From assembly GCA_050633325.1 (NCBI GenBank), contig JBOEGH010000005.1, positions 171,779-235,778 of the forward strand: a stretch of DNA of 64,000 bases, in the 5' to 3' direction. The translations under genes were made by a program, and so were the position numbers. The DNA is from Alphaproteobacteria bacterium (GTDB taxonomy: Bacteria; Pseudomonadota; Alphaproteobacteria; Micavibrionales; Micavibrionaceae). The notes under the pieces are model-generated. The model saw nothing but the letters and a program-made list of their open reading frames with translations, was not told the origin of the DNA and ran no database searches. This document shows positions 1 through 10,142 of this stretch, piece after piece; position 1 is the first letter of the stretch; the number at the start of each line of letters is the position of its first letter.

Positions 1-569
1 GCAGGAAGATTAGGGCTAGGATCATTAGCATTAAGAGTTTCAACAATCGCTGCCAAAGCCGTTTCAGTGCGCATAACCGCTGCACGAACATCCTCTGGTA
101 TATCAACGGCAGGAACAGTTTTATTTTCTACCACATCTGTATTCTCTGATTGTACACTGGAACTTGAAACTTCAGGCTGGTCCACAACAGGTGAATTACC
201 ACTAGCCATCTGCTCAACAACCTTATCAAGAATGGCAACATTTTTATCCGCATCATTTATAACACCTAGAGCTGTTGCAGAATCAATAACACCACCGGAA
301 TTATCAGAAATCATTTCGGCCAATATCATCCTGTCCGTAGTATACATAGGCCCTAATTGAACAATAGAGCCATCAGCAACCTTTGCATCAAGAACAGTCT
401 GCGCCTGAACCAACGCATCAGATAGTAAATTCTTTAACTGAACACCAGCTTCTGGAGTATAAACAAAATTTTCAGGAAGAGGGGAACCTAGCGCAGAAGC
501 AAGAACAGCAAATTCAACCTGAACCTCAGCGTAATCTTCTTGCGTTAAATTTACATTATTATCTGCCAT
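1..569 (-). CDS. hypothetical protein, N-terminal part (ORF runs off the left edge of the window)
   Basis: Hand reverse-complement translation: ATG at 569-567 opens an uninterrupted frame down to position 1 (MADNNVNLTQEDYAEVQVEFAVLASALGSPLPENFVYTPEAG...). It is absent from the ORF track because no stop lies in the window. No family recognised. Confidence 0.45.
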   Translation of the reverse strand, partial: MADNNVNLTQEDYAEVQVEFAVLASALGSPLPENFVYTPEAGVQLKNLLSDALVQAQTVLDAKVADGSIVQLGPMYTTDRMILAEMISDNSGGVIDSATALGVINDADKNVAILDKVVEQMASGNSPVVDQPEVSSSSVQSENTDVVENKTVPAVDIPEDVRAAVMRTETALAAIVETLNANDPSPNLP

Positions 570-753
570 TATTCACCCTTTGTCAGACGTCAGCCCTTTT
601 CAAATCACCATCTTCGACCTACAGAAACATTTACTTAATTATTTTTTGTTTTTCTGCGGTTTTATACGAAGTTACGCTTATTCTTGCATATTCCGGAAAG
701 TTTTACAAATTTAATTTGCATATAGTATGACCAAATTATAACACCAGAAAAAC

Positions 754-1815
754 TTATATATTTTCTGCACTTCTTATATTTTGGAAATGATCAATATAAT
801 TTTGCACTGCCTTTTCCTTTGTAAACTCTCGTAAATACCTATCATATCCGTTTTCAACCATTTTATCACGCAGATTATCATCAGAAATAACACGAGAAAT
901 TGACGCGCTCATAGACGAAATATCATCAATAGGAGTTACAATACCATCATCCTCATGACGAACAAATTGACGAGGCCCATCGGCATCAGTTGTAACCAAA
1001 ACTGTTTTTTGCGCCCATGCCTGCACAAAGACAGTGCCGAACGGCTCATAACGCGAAGAAAACACGCAAACATCTACAGCATCAAACAATGCGGCACGAT
1101 CATTACGCCAACCCAGTAATTTCACACGGTCTTTCACGCCAAGGTCATCTATTAATTTTTCAAGATCATCCCTATCCGGCCCCTCACCAGCAATCCAAAG
1201 GCAGACCTCCGGCAACGCTGCAACAGATCTAATAAGGACGTCAAAAGCCTTGCTACTATGTAGCCTTCCGAGACCAAGGCACAATTTAGCATCCGCAGGA
1301 ACGCCATAATCACTACGATCTAATCTTTCTGAAAAAGTTTCGGTTTCCGCAAAATTATTAATCTGCGTAACCTTATCCGCACTAACACCACAGTCATCAA
1401 TTAAGTATTTTTTGATATCAGGTGTAATCGCAACAAAATAATCAGTATTCTTAAAGTTCTTAATCTTATAATACCCCCCCAACCTGGAAACCACCAAATA
1501 GCGCGGTATATTCATAGATTTGTGCCAACGAGTAACCTTCTGCGACGCACGCGACATCCAACTTTGCACAATATCAGGACGGAATTCACAAATAATTCTA
1601 CGCAATGCAAACGGAGTATAAATGTCTATAGAGCCACCAAACGGCAATGTATGAACTTTAATACCTGCCTCTTCTAAACGTGGAACACGCCCACTATTTG
1701 CACGCGTAGCGACCTCAACAACGTGCCCAGCCTCATGCATAGCAATACACATGTCAACAAACGCAGTCTCTGCACCACCATGTGGAGCACCTGCTAAAAC
1801 CTGTAGAATCCTCAT
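754..1815 (-). CDS. glycosyltransferase, GT4/GT1 (GT-B fold) family
   Basis: 353-aa ORF. The N-terminus MRILQVLAGAPHGGAE and the C-terminal SRYEPFGTVFVQAWA...LVTTDADGP region are typical of retaining GT4 sugar transferases. Confidence 0.75.
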   Translation of the reverse strand: MRILQVLAGAPHGGAETAFVDMCIAMHEAGHVVEVATRANSGRVPRLEEAGIKVHTLPFGGSIDIYTPFALRRIICEFRPDIVQSWMSRASQKVTRWHKSMNIPRYLVVSRLGGYYKIKNFKNTDYFVAITPDIKKYLIDDCGVSADKVTQINNFAETETFSERLDRSDYGVPADAKLCLGLGRLHSSKAFDVLIRSVAALPEVCLWIAGEGPDRDDLEKLIDDLGVKDRVKLLGWRNDRAALFDAVDVCVFSSRYEPFGTVFVQAWAQKTVLVTTDADGPRQFVRHEDDGIVTPIDDISSMSASISRVISDDNLRDKMVENGYDRYLREFTKEKAVQNYIDHFQNIRSAENI

Positions 1816-1845
1816 AGTTACACCATGAATTATATATAAACGACT

Positions 1846-2433
1846 TTACTGCTGAGTAGCCTTTAAAAGATTAGGATAACTGGACAAAGTCTCCTTCAAC
1901 ATACGTCCCATGCTTTCTTCTGTTTCATCCATCTTACTTATCATGAACTCACACGCTTCAGGTGTTGTGACGGGAGTCGTTTCAAAACGCGAAGAGTTAA
2001 CAGCACGTATTTCTTCAATTAAACCAAACATAGTATTAAGATTAGATTGAGGTATATAGCTCTGCGAAATGGCCATGTTATTAATGTTAGCATGCGCCTC
2101 TTTCAAAGTTGTTCCAACTTTCTTTTCCCATTCCTCAAAACGGTTTTCCAACTCATCCTTCATAGATTTATTATTATCCGCACATTTAGAAACGGCATTA
2201 TTAACATCCGCATCGACCGCTTTTACCATGCTGTATAATGTATAATTCTTATACAAAGCTATAAAATGCGCAGCTTCCTCACGTGTTAACGTAGGCACCA
2301 AATCAGAAACTATACCCTTCAAAGTTTCACTTTGCGCTTTTACCAAATCATCCGCAGACTCAGCATGTGCCATATATGGCATACCAATAGTAATTGCAAA
2401 AAGAGATAAGCATGCAGTTAAACGTAGTAACAT
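1846..2433 (-). CDS. secreted hypothetical protein
   Basis: 195-aa ORF with a signal-peptide-like N-terminus (MLLRLTACLSLFAITIGMPYMAHA-ES). The rest is helical and charged. No family recognised. Confidence 0.6.
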   Translation of the reverse strand: MLLRLTACLSLFAITIGMPYMAHAESADDLVKAQSETLKGIVSDLVPTLTREEAAHFIALYKNYTLYSMVKAVDADVNNAVSKCADNNKSMKDELENRFEEWEKKVGTTLKEAHANINNMAISQSYIPQSNLNTMFGLIEEIRAVNSSRFETTPVTTPEACEFMISKMDETEESMGRMLKETLSSYPNLLKATQQ

Positions 2434-2687
2434 TATAGAACCTTTTGTTTCTGATATTTGTATATATAAAATTCATAGTATCGTGATAAACACAATATAG
2501 CAAAAAAAAACCACTGCAATTTTACGACAATCAAGAAGATAGAACACATAGAAGTAATCAAAGGTAATTACAATATATTAACAACACAAATACTATTACC
2601 GACAACCATCTTCACTCTTGATTTACTTAGAAAATTCAGGCTTTGTATTAGGATATTACACTAATCTCTTTTGGATAAAACTATATT

Positions 2688-3845
2688 ATGAACCACACAA
2701 TGAAAACCTCAGACAGGTCCGATGTCGCCATGTTCCGCGCATTAGATATATTAAGCCAAGTTAACGAACGCGAAGAACAAGGCATAGACATTGTACGCAT
2801 GGGCGCAGGCCAGCCAAATGTCGGCGCACCACAGGCCGCACTTGAATACGCCATTTCAAAAATACAATCAGACCCAAGACAAGGATATACAGAGGCAATA
2901 GGCATGCCATCCCTAAGAGAGCGCATAGCCGATTATTACAAATCATATTACAATGTCAGCATAAGCGCAGATAACGTATTAATTGGTGCCGGATCATCAG
3001 GCGCATTCATAATAAGCCTGCTATCAGCATTCGATGCAGGTGATAAAATCGCCTTATTTACGCCCACCTACCCTGCTTATAGAAATATGTTAAAGGCGCT
3101 CAATATAGAAATTGTTGAGATAGAAACAAATGCAAAAGACAATTATCAACCAACCCTCGAGCTTTTAAATAATTGCAATCAAGAATTTGACGGAATGATA
3201 ATAAACTCGCCGTCCAACCCTTCTGGCACGATGATAAGCGAAGAAGAGCTTAAAAACATATGCAACTGGTGTGACACAAAGAACATAAGGCTTATATCTG
3301 ATGAAGCATATCACGGCATAACATATGAAGAAAAAGCACAAACAGCACGCAAATTTTCTAAAAATGCAATAGTGTTAAATACATTCTCAAAATATTTTGC
3401 CATGACGGGCTGGAGATTAGGATGGAGCATACTGCCTGATGAATTGAGAAATAACGCCAAAAAACTATCAGAAAGCTTATTTGTATCCGCCCCTACAATA
3501 TCACAACACTTGGCATATAAAATCTTCGATCACACCGATGTCTTGGATAAGTACGTTGAATCATACAAAAAAAATAGAGAGATTCTAATTAACGAACTTC
3601 CTAAGGCCGGTATTACTGATATTACAAACGCCGCTGGTGCATTCTACGTATATGCAAATGTCCATAACTTCAGTAACGACAGCGAAGCACTATGCACAAA
3701 AATACTGAACGAGGCTAAGGTATCAACCACACCAGGCGTAGATTTCGATTTAACACGCGGACATAACAACATACGTATTTGTTACGCGGATAGTCAGGAA
3801 AACATTATTGAGGCCTGTAAACGTCTAAAAAACTGGAGAAAGTAA
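2688..3845 (+). CDS. pyridoxal-phosphate-dependent aminotransferase, class I/II (aspartate aminotransferase-like)
   Basis: 385 aa with the motifs NSPSNPSGT and SFSKYFAMTGWRLGW (PLP-lysine in SFSK). Confidence 0.85.
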   Translation: MNHTMKTSDRSDVAMFRALDILSQVNEREEQGIDIVRMGAGQPNVGAPQAALEYAISKIQSDPRQGYTEAIGMPSLRERIADYYKSYYNVSISADNVLIGAGSSGAFIISLLSAFDAGDKIALFTPTYPAYRNMLKALNIEIVEIETNAKDNYQPTLELLNNCNQEFDGMIINSPSNPSGTMISEEELKNICNWCDTKNIRLISDEAYHGITYEEKAQTARKFSKNAIVLNTFSKYFAMTGWRLGWSILPDELRNNAKKLSESLFVSAPTISQHLAYKIFDHTDVLDKYVESYKKNREILINELPKAGITDITNAAGAFYVYANVHNFSNDSEALCTKILNEAKVSTTPGVDFDLTRGHNNIRICYADSQENIIEACKRLKNWRK

Positions 3846-3901
3846 GTATTATTTCATCTGAAATATATTCAAACTTAAAACAAACATCACACAACACAAA
3901 A

Positions 3902-3927
3902 GGACGGGAAAACCCGTCCTTTATTTT
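3902..3927. terminator. intrinsic terminator hairpin between convergent genes (aminotransferase and rne)
   Basis: ggacggg-aaaa-cccgtcc perfect 7-bp GC-rich stem followed by tttattttt on the + strand, with an A-rich run upstream, so it can act for both strands. Confidence 0.8.
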
Positions 3928-3951
3928 TAACTTAGCTTGGAATTATAGATA

Positions 3952-6666
3952 TTACCTATTCCACCATCCCTTTTTCTTCTTCTTAGGTGCCTGATTAACT
4001 GTCTCGTGCAAACTTGCTTCTGACGGTTCATCATCCTTCTTTGACAAAGGCGCTTTCTTTTCTGCTTCTTTATCCTTTGAAACATCATCAGAATTAACGC
4101 TTTCTTTGGCAGGAGAAGGAGCAGAAACAGTAGGCGCATCATCCGCAGAAGGATCTTCAACCTTCTTTTTCTTAACAGGTGAACGACGCTTTCTTACAGG
4201 CTTCTTAGGCTTTTCTTCTGCATCCTTATCGTCATTAGCAGGAATGTCAGCCTTTACATCAGCATTAGAATCCTCTGCCTCAGAAACAGATTCCTTAACA
4301 ACCGGATCTGCCTTTTTACGACGACCACGACGCTTAGGTTTGCTTTCCTTTTCGTCCTTAACTTCTTCAGGTGTGTTTTCTTCACCGTTTGGTTTTTCTT
4401 GTGCTTTTTCTACATTTTCATTTTGCACATCGCTCTCTTCTTGAGCATTATCAGGACGGTTACTACGGTTACGTCCACCACGGCGACCACGACGACGACG
4501 AGGTGAATCCTCCTCTTTATCGTCGGAGCCCTCATTATCAGTTTCTTTATCTTGTGCTTTTTCCTGATTCTTATCCGCAGCAACAGCAGGCTTAGAAACC
4601 TCAACACGGTAATCAGATGCCGCAATATCGTCATCAACACGCAATAAGACCTGAATGTTATAACGCTCTTCTACTTGCGCCAGCTTTCTGCGCTTAAAGT
4701 TAAGAATATACAACGCAACACTGCTGGATACCTGAACAATAATTTGCGCTGCTCTCTTGCGAATTCCTTCTTCTTCAATTGCACGAAGAACAATAACAGA
4801 CATTGCCTCATCGGTACGGATAAGACCTATTCCTGAACAATTACTACATTGCTCAAACTGCGCCTCAGTTAAGCTAGGGCTCAACCTTTGCCTTGATAAC
4901 TCCATCAATCCGAACGAAGATATTCGACCAACTTGAACACGCGCACGATCAGAAGATAAAGCCTCCTTCATACGACGCTCTACCTTTGCGTTATTACCAC
5001 GGTGCTCCATATCAATAAAGTCAATAACAACCAGACCACCTAAATCACGTAATCTTAACTGGCGCGCCACTTCTTCGGCTGCTTCAAGGTTGGTTTTCAA
5101 CGCAGTCTCTTCAATATGGCGACCCTTCGTAGCCTTACCAGAGTTAACATCGACAGAAATCAGAGCCTCTGTCGGGTTAATAACAAGGTAACCACCAGAC
5201 TTTAGACGAACCTCAGGTTGACCAATTTCGTTAATTTGGCTTTCAATTTGAAAACGGTTGAACAAAGGAAGCTGCCCATTTTTGTAATGCTTAACCTTCT
5301 TAACATGAGAAGGTATCAACATTTTCATAAACTCTTTGGCAGTCTCATGACCGGCATCACCGGCAACTTGAACTTCATCAACGTCATTTGTATACAGATC
5401 ACGTACTGAACGCTTAATCAGGTCGGCTTCCTCATACACAATTGCCGGAGCTGTCGACTCAAGTGTAAGCTCACGAATATTATTCCATAAACGCATCAGA
5501 TAATCTAAGTCACGCTTGATCTCCGCCTTTGTACGTGTAACGCCAGCAGTACGAACAATCACCGACATCCCCTTTGGAACATCAAGGCTTTTCACAATTT
5601 CCTTCATACGCGCACGGTCTTTTTGATTTGCAATCTTACGACTTACACCACCTGCACGCGGGCTATTTGGCATCAAAACACAGTAACGTCCCGGAAGTGA
5701 AAGATAAGAACCAACCGCAGCACCTTTGTTACCGCGCTCTTCTTTATTCACCTGAACCAGCATAATTTGGCCGCGCTTCACAACCTCTTGTATTTTATAT
5801 TTACGACGAAGATTAAAACGAAAACGTTGAGAATCGTCACTTTCCTCACCACCTACTACTTCAACATTTCGATTACGGTATTGTGATCTTTTGTTACGAC
5901 CACGACCACGTCCTCTACCACGACCACCACGGCTATTGTTTTTCTTATTACCGTCTTGATCTTGATTTTCTGCCGAATTTTCTGCTTCTTCTACTACTTC
6001 ACCTTCTACCGGCAGAGCAACATTACCATCTACATCGCCCGCAGCTTCAGGGTCCAAGGATTCATCATCCGCTTTCACATCAACAGAATCTTTAACTTCT
6101 TCAGTTTGCTTTGCCTCAGCATCTTCGTCTTTAGATACTAATTCTTTACCTTCATCACTATCTTCTTTTTTTGCTTTAGAAGGTTTTCTCCCCCTCTTCT
6201 TAACCGCAGGATTATCAACATCAACCGCAATTTCATCAGCGCTATCAGAAACATTATCTAATGCTTCACCTTCTTCGCCAATATCATCACCATCACCATC
6301 ATCATCTTCGCTATTACCGCCATCATCTTCATCCACGACCTCATCTTCAAGAGCCTCCTCCTCATCATGCTCTTGGATAAGGGCTTCTTGTTCAGCTATC
6401 AAAGCATCACGATCAGCAACTGGAATTTTAAAATAATCAGGATGTATTTCTGAAAATGGTAAAAACCCGTGACGATTACCACCGAAATTAACGAATGCCG
6501 CCTGCAAGGAGGGCTCAACCCGTGTAACTTTCGCCAAAAATATACTACCTTTCAAAGGCTTACGACTTTGGCTTTCGTAATCATATTCTATAAGTTTATT
6601 TCCATCAGTGATGGCAACACGCGTTTCTTCCTTGTGTGTTGCATCAATAAGCATTTTTTTAGACAT
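3952..6666 (-). CDS. rne: ribonuclease E
   Basis: The ORF track gives 916 aa. The likely true start is Met13 (MSKKMLIDATHKEETRVAI, cat at 6664-6666). It has an S1 domain (GSIFLAKVTRVEPSLQAAFVNFGGNRHGFLPFSEI), the catalytic core (KEERGNKGAA, VIDFIDM) and a long K/E/D/R-rich C-terminal tail. Confidence 0.95.
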   Translation of the reverse strand: MSKKMLIDATHKEETRVAITDGNKLIEYDYESQSRKPLKGSIFLAKVTRVEPSLQAAFVNFGGNRHGFLPFSEIHPDYFKIPVADRDALIAEQEALIQEHDEEEALEDEVVDEDDGGNSEDDDGDGDDIGEEGEALDNVSDSADEIAVDVDNPAVKKRGRKPSKAKKEDSDEGKELVSKDEDAEAKQTEEVKDSVDVKADDESLDPEAAGDVDGNVALPVEGEVVEEAENSAENQDQDGNKKNNSRGGRGRGRGRGRNKRSQYRNRNVEVVGGEESDDSQRFRFNLRRKYKIQEVVKRGQIMLVQVNKEERGNKGAAVGSYLSLPGRYCVLMPNSPRAGGVSRKIANQKDRARMKEIVKSLDVPKGMSVIVRTAGVTRTKAEIKRDLDYLMRLWNNIRELTLESTAPAIVYEEADLIKRSVRDLYTNDVDEVQVAGDAGHETAKEFMKMLIPSHVKKVKHYKNGQLPLFNRFQIESQINEIGQPEVRLKSGGYLVINPTEALISVDVNSGKATKGRHIEETALKTNLEAAEEVARQLRLRDLGGLVVIDFIDMEHRGNNAKVERRMKEALSSDRARVQVGRISSFGLMELSRQRLSPSLTEAQFEQCSNCSGIGLIRTDEAMSVIVLRAIEEEGIRKRAAQIIVQVSSSVALYILNFKRRKLAQVEERYNIQVLLRVDDDIAASDYRVEVSKPAVAADKNQEKAQDKETDNEGSDDKEEDSPRRRRGRRGGRNRSNRPDNAQEESDVQNENVEKAQEKPNGEENTPEEVKDEKESKPKRRGRRKKADPVVKESVSEAEDSNADVKADIPANDDKDAEEKPKKPVRKRRSPVKKKKVEDPSADDAPTVSAPSPAKESVNSDDVSKDKEAEKKAPLSKKDDEPSEASLHETVNQAPKKKKKGWWNR

Positions 6667-6942
6667 TATATTCTCCGTTCTCGCATACGGCAGCCTGCTC
6701 AATTATGACGTAAGCATAAAAGAGTGGCGCAATTGCGCATAAATTAACTATTTAATGCTTGCAGCTCGACGGAACTTTTTAAACTTTACTAACTAAACGC
6801 AAAGCCGCATGCATATAAAACCTATGACACCTTACACAGTTGTCATTAAATTCTCAATGCTAAAACGCAAATCTATAAATAAATTTTAAGGCGGCAATAC
6901 AAAGCCTGACTATGCAGGGAAAATCAACGGACACATAACCAA
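6667..6942 (-). promoter_or_regulatory. long rne 5' leader/promoter region with palindromes
   Basis: About 276 bp of non-coding DNA upstream of rne. It contains the perfect palindrome gcgcaattgcgc (6727-6738) and the hairpin tgaca-N11-tgtca (about 6824-6844). In E. coli the rne leader is an autoregulatory target. Confidence 0.4.
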
Positions 6943-8547
6943 TCAATTAGAACCTGAGCTCTGCGCCAACTTAACACCATCACCCAAATTGGCGTATTTT
7001 TGCTTAATAATAGAAATCTCTTTTTGGAAATTACGCAAAGATTTTCCAGCTAGCTTCTCACCACCCGAAGATTTGACACTTTTAGGGTTAACCTGTTTAC
7101 CATTTTTCAAAACTTCAAAATGTAAATGCGGGCCAGTAGAGCGACCGGTAGTACCGACATAACCAATCACCTGCCCTTGAGAAACCCTTTTACCCGCAGA
7201 CATGCCTTTTGCGAATTTACGCATATGCGCATATGCCGTTTGCAAACCATTTTTATGACGGATACGTATGTAATTACCATACCCCCCGTGACGACCCGCC
7301 TTTTCAACCACACCATTACCGGCCGCATATATCGGCGTACCACGCGGTGCGGCAAAATCAACGCCCTTATGCATCTTATTGTAACCAAGAACCGGATGGC
7401 GACGCATTCCATACCCCGATGACATACGCGCACCATCAATCGGGGTTTGCATCAATATACGCTTCAAACTAGTTCCATTTTCGCGATAATAGTCAACAAT
7501 ACCATCATCGGACTTATATCTATAAACGGGAATAGTCTTACCCCCGACCATCAAACTTGCATACAAAACATTACCATATCTGGCAAAATCACCATCTTCT
7601 GTTTCATAAGTTTCATACAACGCCTCAACCTTATCTCCACGACGAATATCGCGTTGAAAATCGACATCATAAGAATATATTTTTATAATTTCCGCAACGA
7701 TGGACGCAGGAATGCCCGCACGCGCAGCAGAACCATAAAGGGATGTCTCTATTTCCGCATTTGCGGCCTTGGTTTGCAAAACAACCTTCTTTTCATCAAG
7801 AACCGCCACAAAACGACCATCATCACCACGAGATATTGCAATCCCTTTCGTAGCACTAATCTTCATATTAATGGTCGAAAGCCTCATGCCACTATCAGAT
7901 GGCTCCATACGTATAGATATTGCCTGCCCCGGCTTAACAGATCTAGGGTCATAATATTTCCCCATCGCCTTAACGGCACGATACGCCTCTGCACCACTTA
8001 CACCAGAATCTTGCAAAGCCCCACCAACCGTATCACCGGAATTTATTTTAATAATCTTATCACTCGCCACCATGTCATCTAGCTTGACCGGCCCCATTAC
8101 AACTTTATCTGCGGAACTGTTATCTTGGTCACCACCCTCCAAAGATGCCTCTTCATCATAGATAGGCAATAAAGGTGAGACAGCAAGGTCAACAGATTCA
8201 CCATCCAAATTTGAAACCTCATTACCAACATCACCAACAGGAAGAGATGCCAGAATAACAGAAGGCTTAGACACAGGAGAAGCAACCTTAGCAATAGAAG
8301 AGCGCCCAGGAGCAAAAGCAACAGAAGCCCCCATAGAACCAAGCAGACTACTCAATGCTATTGATCCGATTACAGCAAGGCCGAGAACATAACGAAGACG
8401 AAGGCGGTTTGATCTGGTAAACAAATACCTACGGCGCAACCGTATTATACGATAATGAGCAACATTTTGATTTACAACAGATATCAAGCTCACGGCTCTA
8501 CTCCAGAATACCAAACAAAATAATTTGCACAGACATATACACGCCAC
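6943..8547 (-). CDS. M23 family metallopeptidase (murein endopeptidase-like), membrane anchored; start codon uncertain
   Basis: The C-terminal domain carries HKGVDFAAPRGTPIYAAGNGVV...GYGNYIRIRH...GTTGRSTGPHLHFEV (HxxxD and HxH zinc motifs). There is an N-terminal TM segment, YVLGLAVIGSIALSSLL. Confidence 0.85.
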   Translation of the reverse strand: MACICLCKLFCLVFWSRAVSLISVVNQNVAHYRIIRLRRRYLFTRSNRLRLRYVLGLAVIGSIALSSLLGSMGASVAFAPGRSSIAKVASPVSKPSVILASLPVGDVGNEVSNLDGESVDLAVSPLLPIYDEEASLEGGDQDNSSADKVVMGPVKLDDMVASDKIIKINSGDTVGGALQDSGVSGAEAYRAVKAMGKYYDPRSVKPGQAISIRMEPSDSGMRLSTINMKISATKGIAISRGDDGRFVAVLDEKKVVLQTKAANAEIETSLYGSAARAGIPASIVAEIIKIYSYDVDFQRDIRRGDKVEALYETYETEDGDFARYGNVLYASLMVGGKTIPVYRYKSDDGIVDYYRENGTSLKRILMQTPIDGARMSSGYGMRRHPVLGYNKMHKGVDFAAPRGTPIYAAGNGVVEKAGRHGGYGNYIRIRHKNGLQTAYAHMRKFAKGMSAGKRVSQGQVIGYVGTTGRSTGPHLHFEVLKNGKQVNPKSVKSSGGEKLAGKSLRNFQKEISIIKQKYANLGDGVKLAQSSGSN

Positions 8548-8763
8548 GCAAATTCACATTATTAATTATAGTTAACAAATATTTAAAATTAGTTATCATA
8601 ACATTGTATTCATTCCAAGCATTCTAAACAAAAACCATCATTTTTTAAAAAAATGACAACTTAATATTAAAAAACCTAACCTTTAGAACACATTACGCCA
8701 GATAAAAGATAAAAAACACAGACGTTAAGCAACCAACTCTACTCAAACAACACAGTAAAACTA

Positions 8764-9282
8764 TTACTTAGCACAAGCACCGGAAATAGACTTATACGCC
8801 GCACCCGAACCCTTCAAGCTATATGTATCTGTAGTTAATGTTCCACGCGAAGAAGTTCCGCGAACAACCATCTTAGAACCACTTTGTATAGATTTAGCCA
8901 ATTTTGAATCAGTGCGAGCATCAGGCGCCCAGGCAGTTTCATCTTGAGTGAACAACACATAACGATCACCATTAACTGTAACAGTAGCATCACTACCAGA
9001 TTTATACGAATAACCTGTAATATAACTAAATACGTCACGCGTTTTTTCAGACGGACGATGTGTAATCAGCGCAAATATTTCACCACGGTTAGTATATTTA
9101 CCTTCACTTTTTACGGGCTTGCTAACCATATAGCAAACCTTACTTCCACGCTCTGACAAAGTATAAGCTGTCCAATCACCAAATTTACCAATTTGCTTAG
9201 GAGCAGCAGAATAAGCGACACCAGACATAGTCACGACTGAACTAAATGCCAAGAATGAAAATATAAAAAATCTTTTAATCAT
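8764..9282 (-). CDS. IalB (invasion-associated locus B) family periplasmic protein
   Basis: Likely start at Met17 (MIKRFFIFSFLAFSSVV, cat at 9280-9282). It has a signal peptide, the GDWTAY...CYM pattern, and the size and C-terminal Cys typical of the alphaproteobacterial IalB family. Confidence 0.6.
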   Translation of the reverse strand: MIKRFFIFSFLAFSSVVTMSGVAYSAAPKQIGKFGDWTAYTLSERGSKVCYMVSKPVKSEGKYTNRGEIFALITHRPSEKTRDVFSYITGYSYKSGSDATVTVNGDRYVLFTQDETAWAPDARTDSKLAKSIQSGSKMVVRGTSSRGTLTTDTYSLKGSGAAYKSISGACAK

Positions 9283-9404
9283 AATGATAATCCAACCACA
9301 GAACTTAAGTTTAAAAAATGCACGTTGCATAATTCTATCGAAAGCCTTGGGTCAGGTATAATGCAAAATAGCTTTCAGTAACTTTCATCCACAAAACTAT
9401 CGCA

Positions 9405-10130
9405 TTATTTATTACGAAATACGATTGGAACAACAAAACGCAAAATATAAATCGCAATCATGGCAACCGCCATGGAGAACCAAAAAAATGCATATTGGGC
9501 ATGGTTATTATTTATTTTAACACGCGTAGCAGCGGCGATTGGATACTTATCGCCACCGGCATTACCCTCTACATAAAAAACATTAGGAGAAACACCTTGT
9601 ATTCCCTTGATTCTTGAGATTTGCTCAACATCAATTTTGTACCACATATCCTCATCGGGGGCATTTTCAGGAACAAAGGAACTGGAGTTGTGCAGTTTGC
9701 GTAACATACCTATGATCTTGACTTCCTCGCCCTCAGTCGATGATGGCCTTTCCCAATCAAATGGAACCCAACCACGATTAACAAGAATAGAGGAATATAC
9801 CTCCCCCCCTACAGTGAATGGAGTAATAACATGATAGCCAACCTCACCATCATGAACACGAGGTTGAAGCATTATTGATTTATCATAGTCAAATATACCC
9901 GTTAAATAACCCCGCCTAAAAGAAACATTATCGGATGTGAAATCTAAAGATACAGATGTGTTTGGCGCATCAATTTCATATTGAGCGTCCATATCAGCAA
10001 GTATTTCTGCCTTCCATTGCAATCTATGCAATTGCCAATACCCAAGAGAGCACAAAACAAAGACACCAAATACAGTAAGGATAGTTCCCCAAAACGGCAA
10101 CTTCATTAACGCACCTATAGACGTAACCAA
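9405..10130 (-). CDS. SURF1 family cytochrome oxidase biogenesis protein
   Basis: Has the GYWQLHRLQWK motif, two terminal TM helices and NRGWVP. It lies directly downstream of ctaE. The alternative start is Met9 at 10106. Confidence 0.85.
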   Translation of the reverse strand: MVTSIGALMKLPFWGTILTVFGVFVLCSLGYWQLHRLQWKAEILADMDAQYEIDAPNTSVSLDFTSDNVSFRRGYLTGIFDYDKSIMLQPRVHDGEVGYHVITPFTVGGEVYSSILVNRGWVPFDWERPSSTEGEEVKIIGMLRKLHNSSSFVPENAPDEDMWYKIDVEQISRIKGIQGVSPNVFYVEGNAGGDKYPIAAATRVKINNNHAQYAFFWFSMAVAMIAIYILRFVVPIVFRNK

Positions 10131-10142
10131 AATTTAAAAATG

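Noticed and set aside
4106-4444. 112-aa Ser/Phe-rich + strand ORF (and the 4371..4640 ORFs) opposite the RNase E tail
   Set aside because: It is an artefact of the low-complexity K/E/D codon runs of the rne C-terminus, which stay open in several frames.
5881-5940. Periodic cgac/cacg DNA repeat in rne
   Set aside because: It is simply the codon series for GGRGRGRGRGR within the open rne frame, not an independent DNA repeat element.
7447-8082. 211-aa + strand ORF (and the neighbouring 7126..7472 ORFs) inside the M23 peptidase gene
   Set aside because: It lies entirely antisense to a gene with unmistakable M23 zinc motifs. Its translation is low-complexity and Ile/Thr/Arg-rich with no motif, as expected for the antisense frame of an AT-rich gene.
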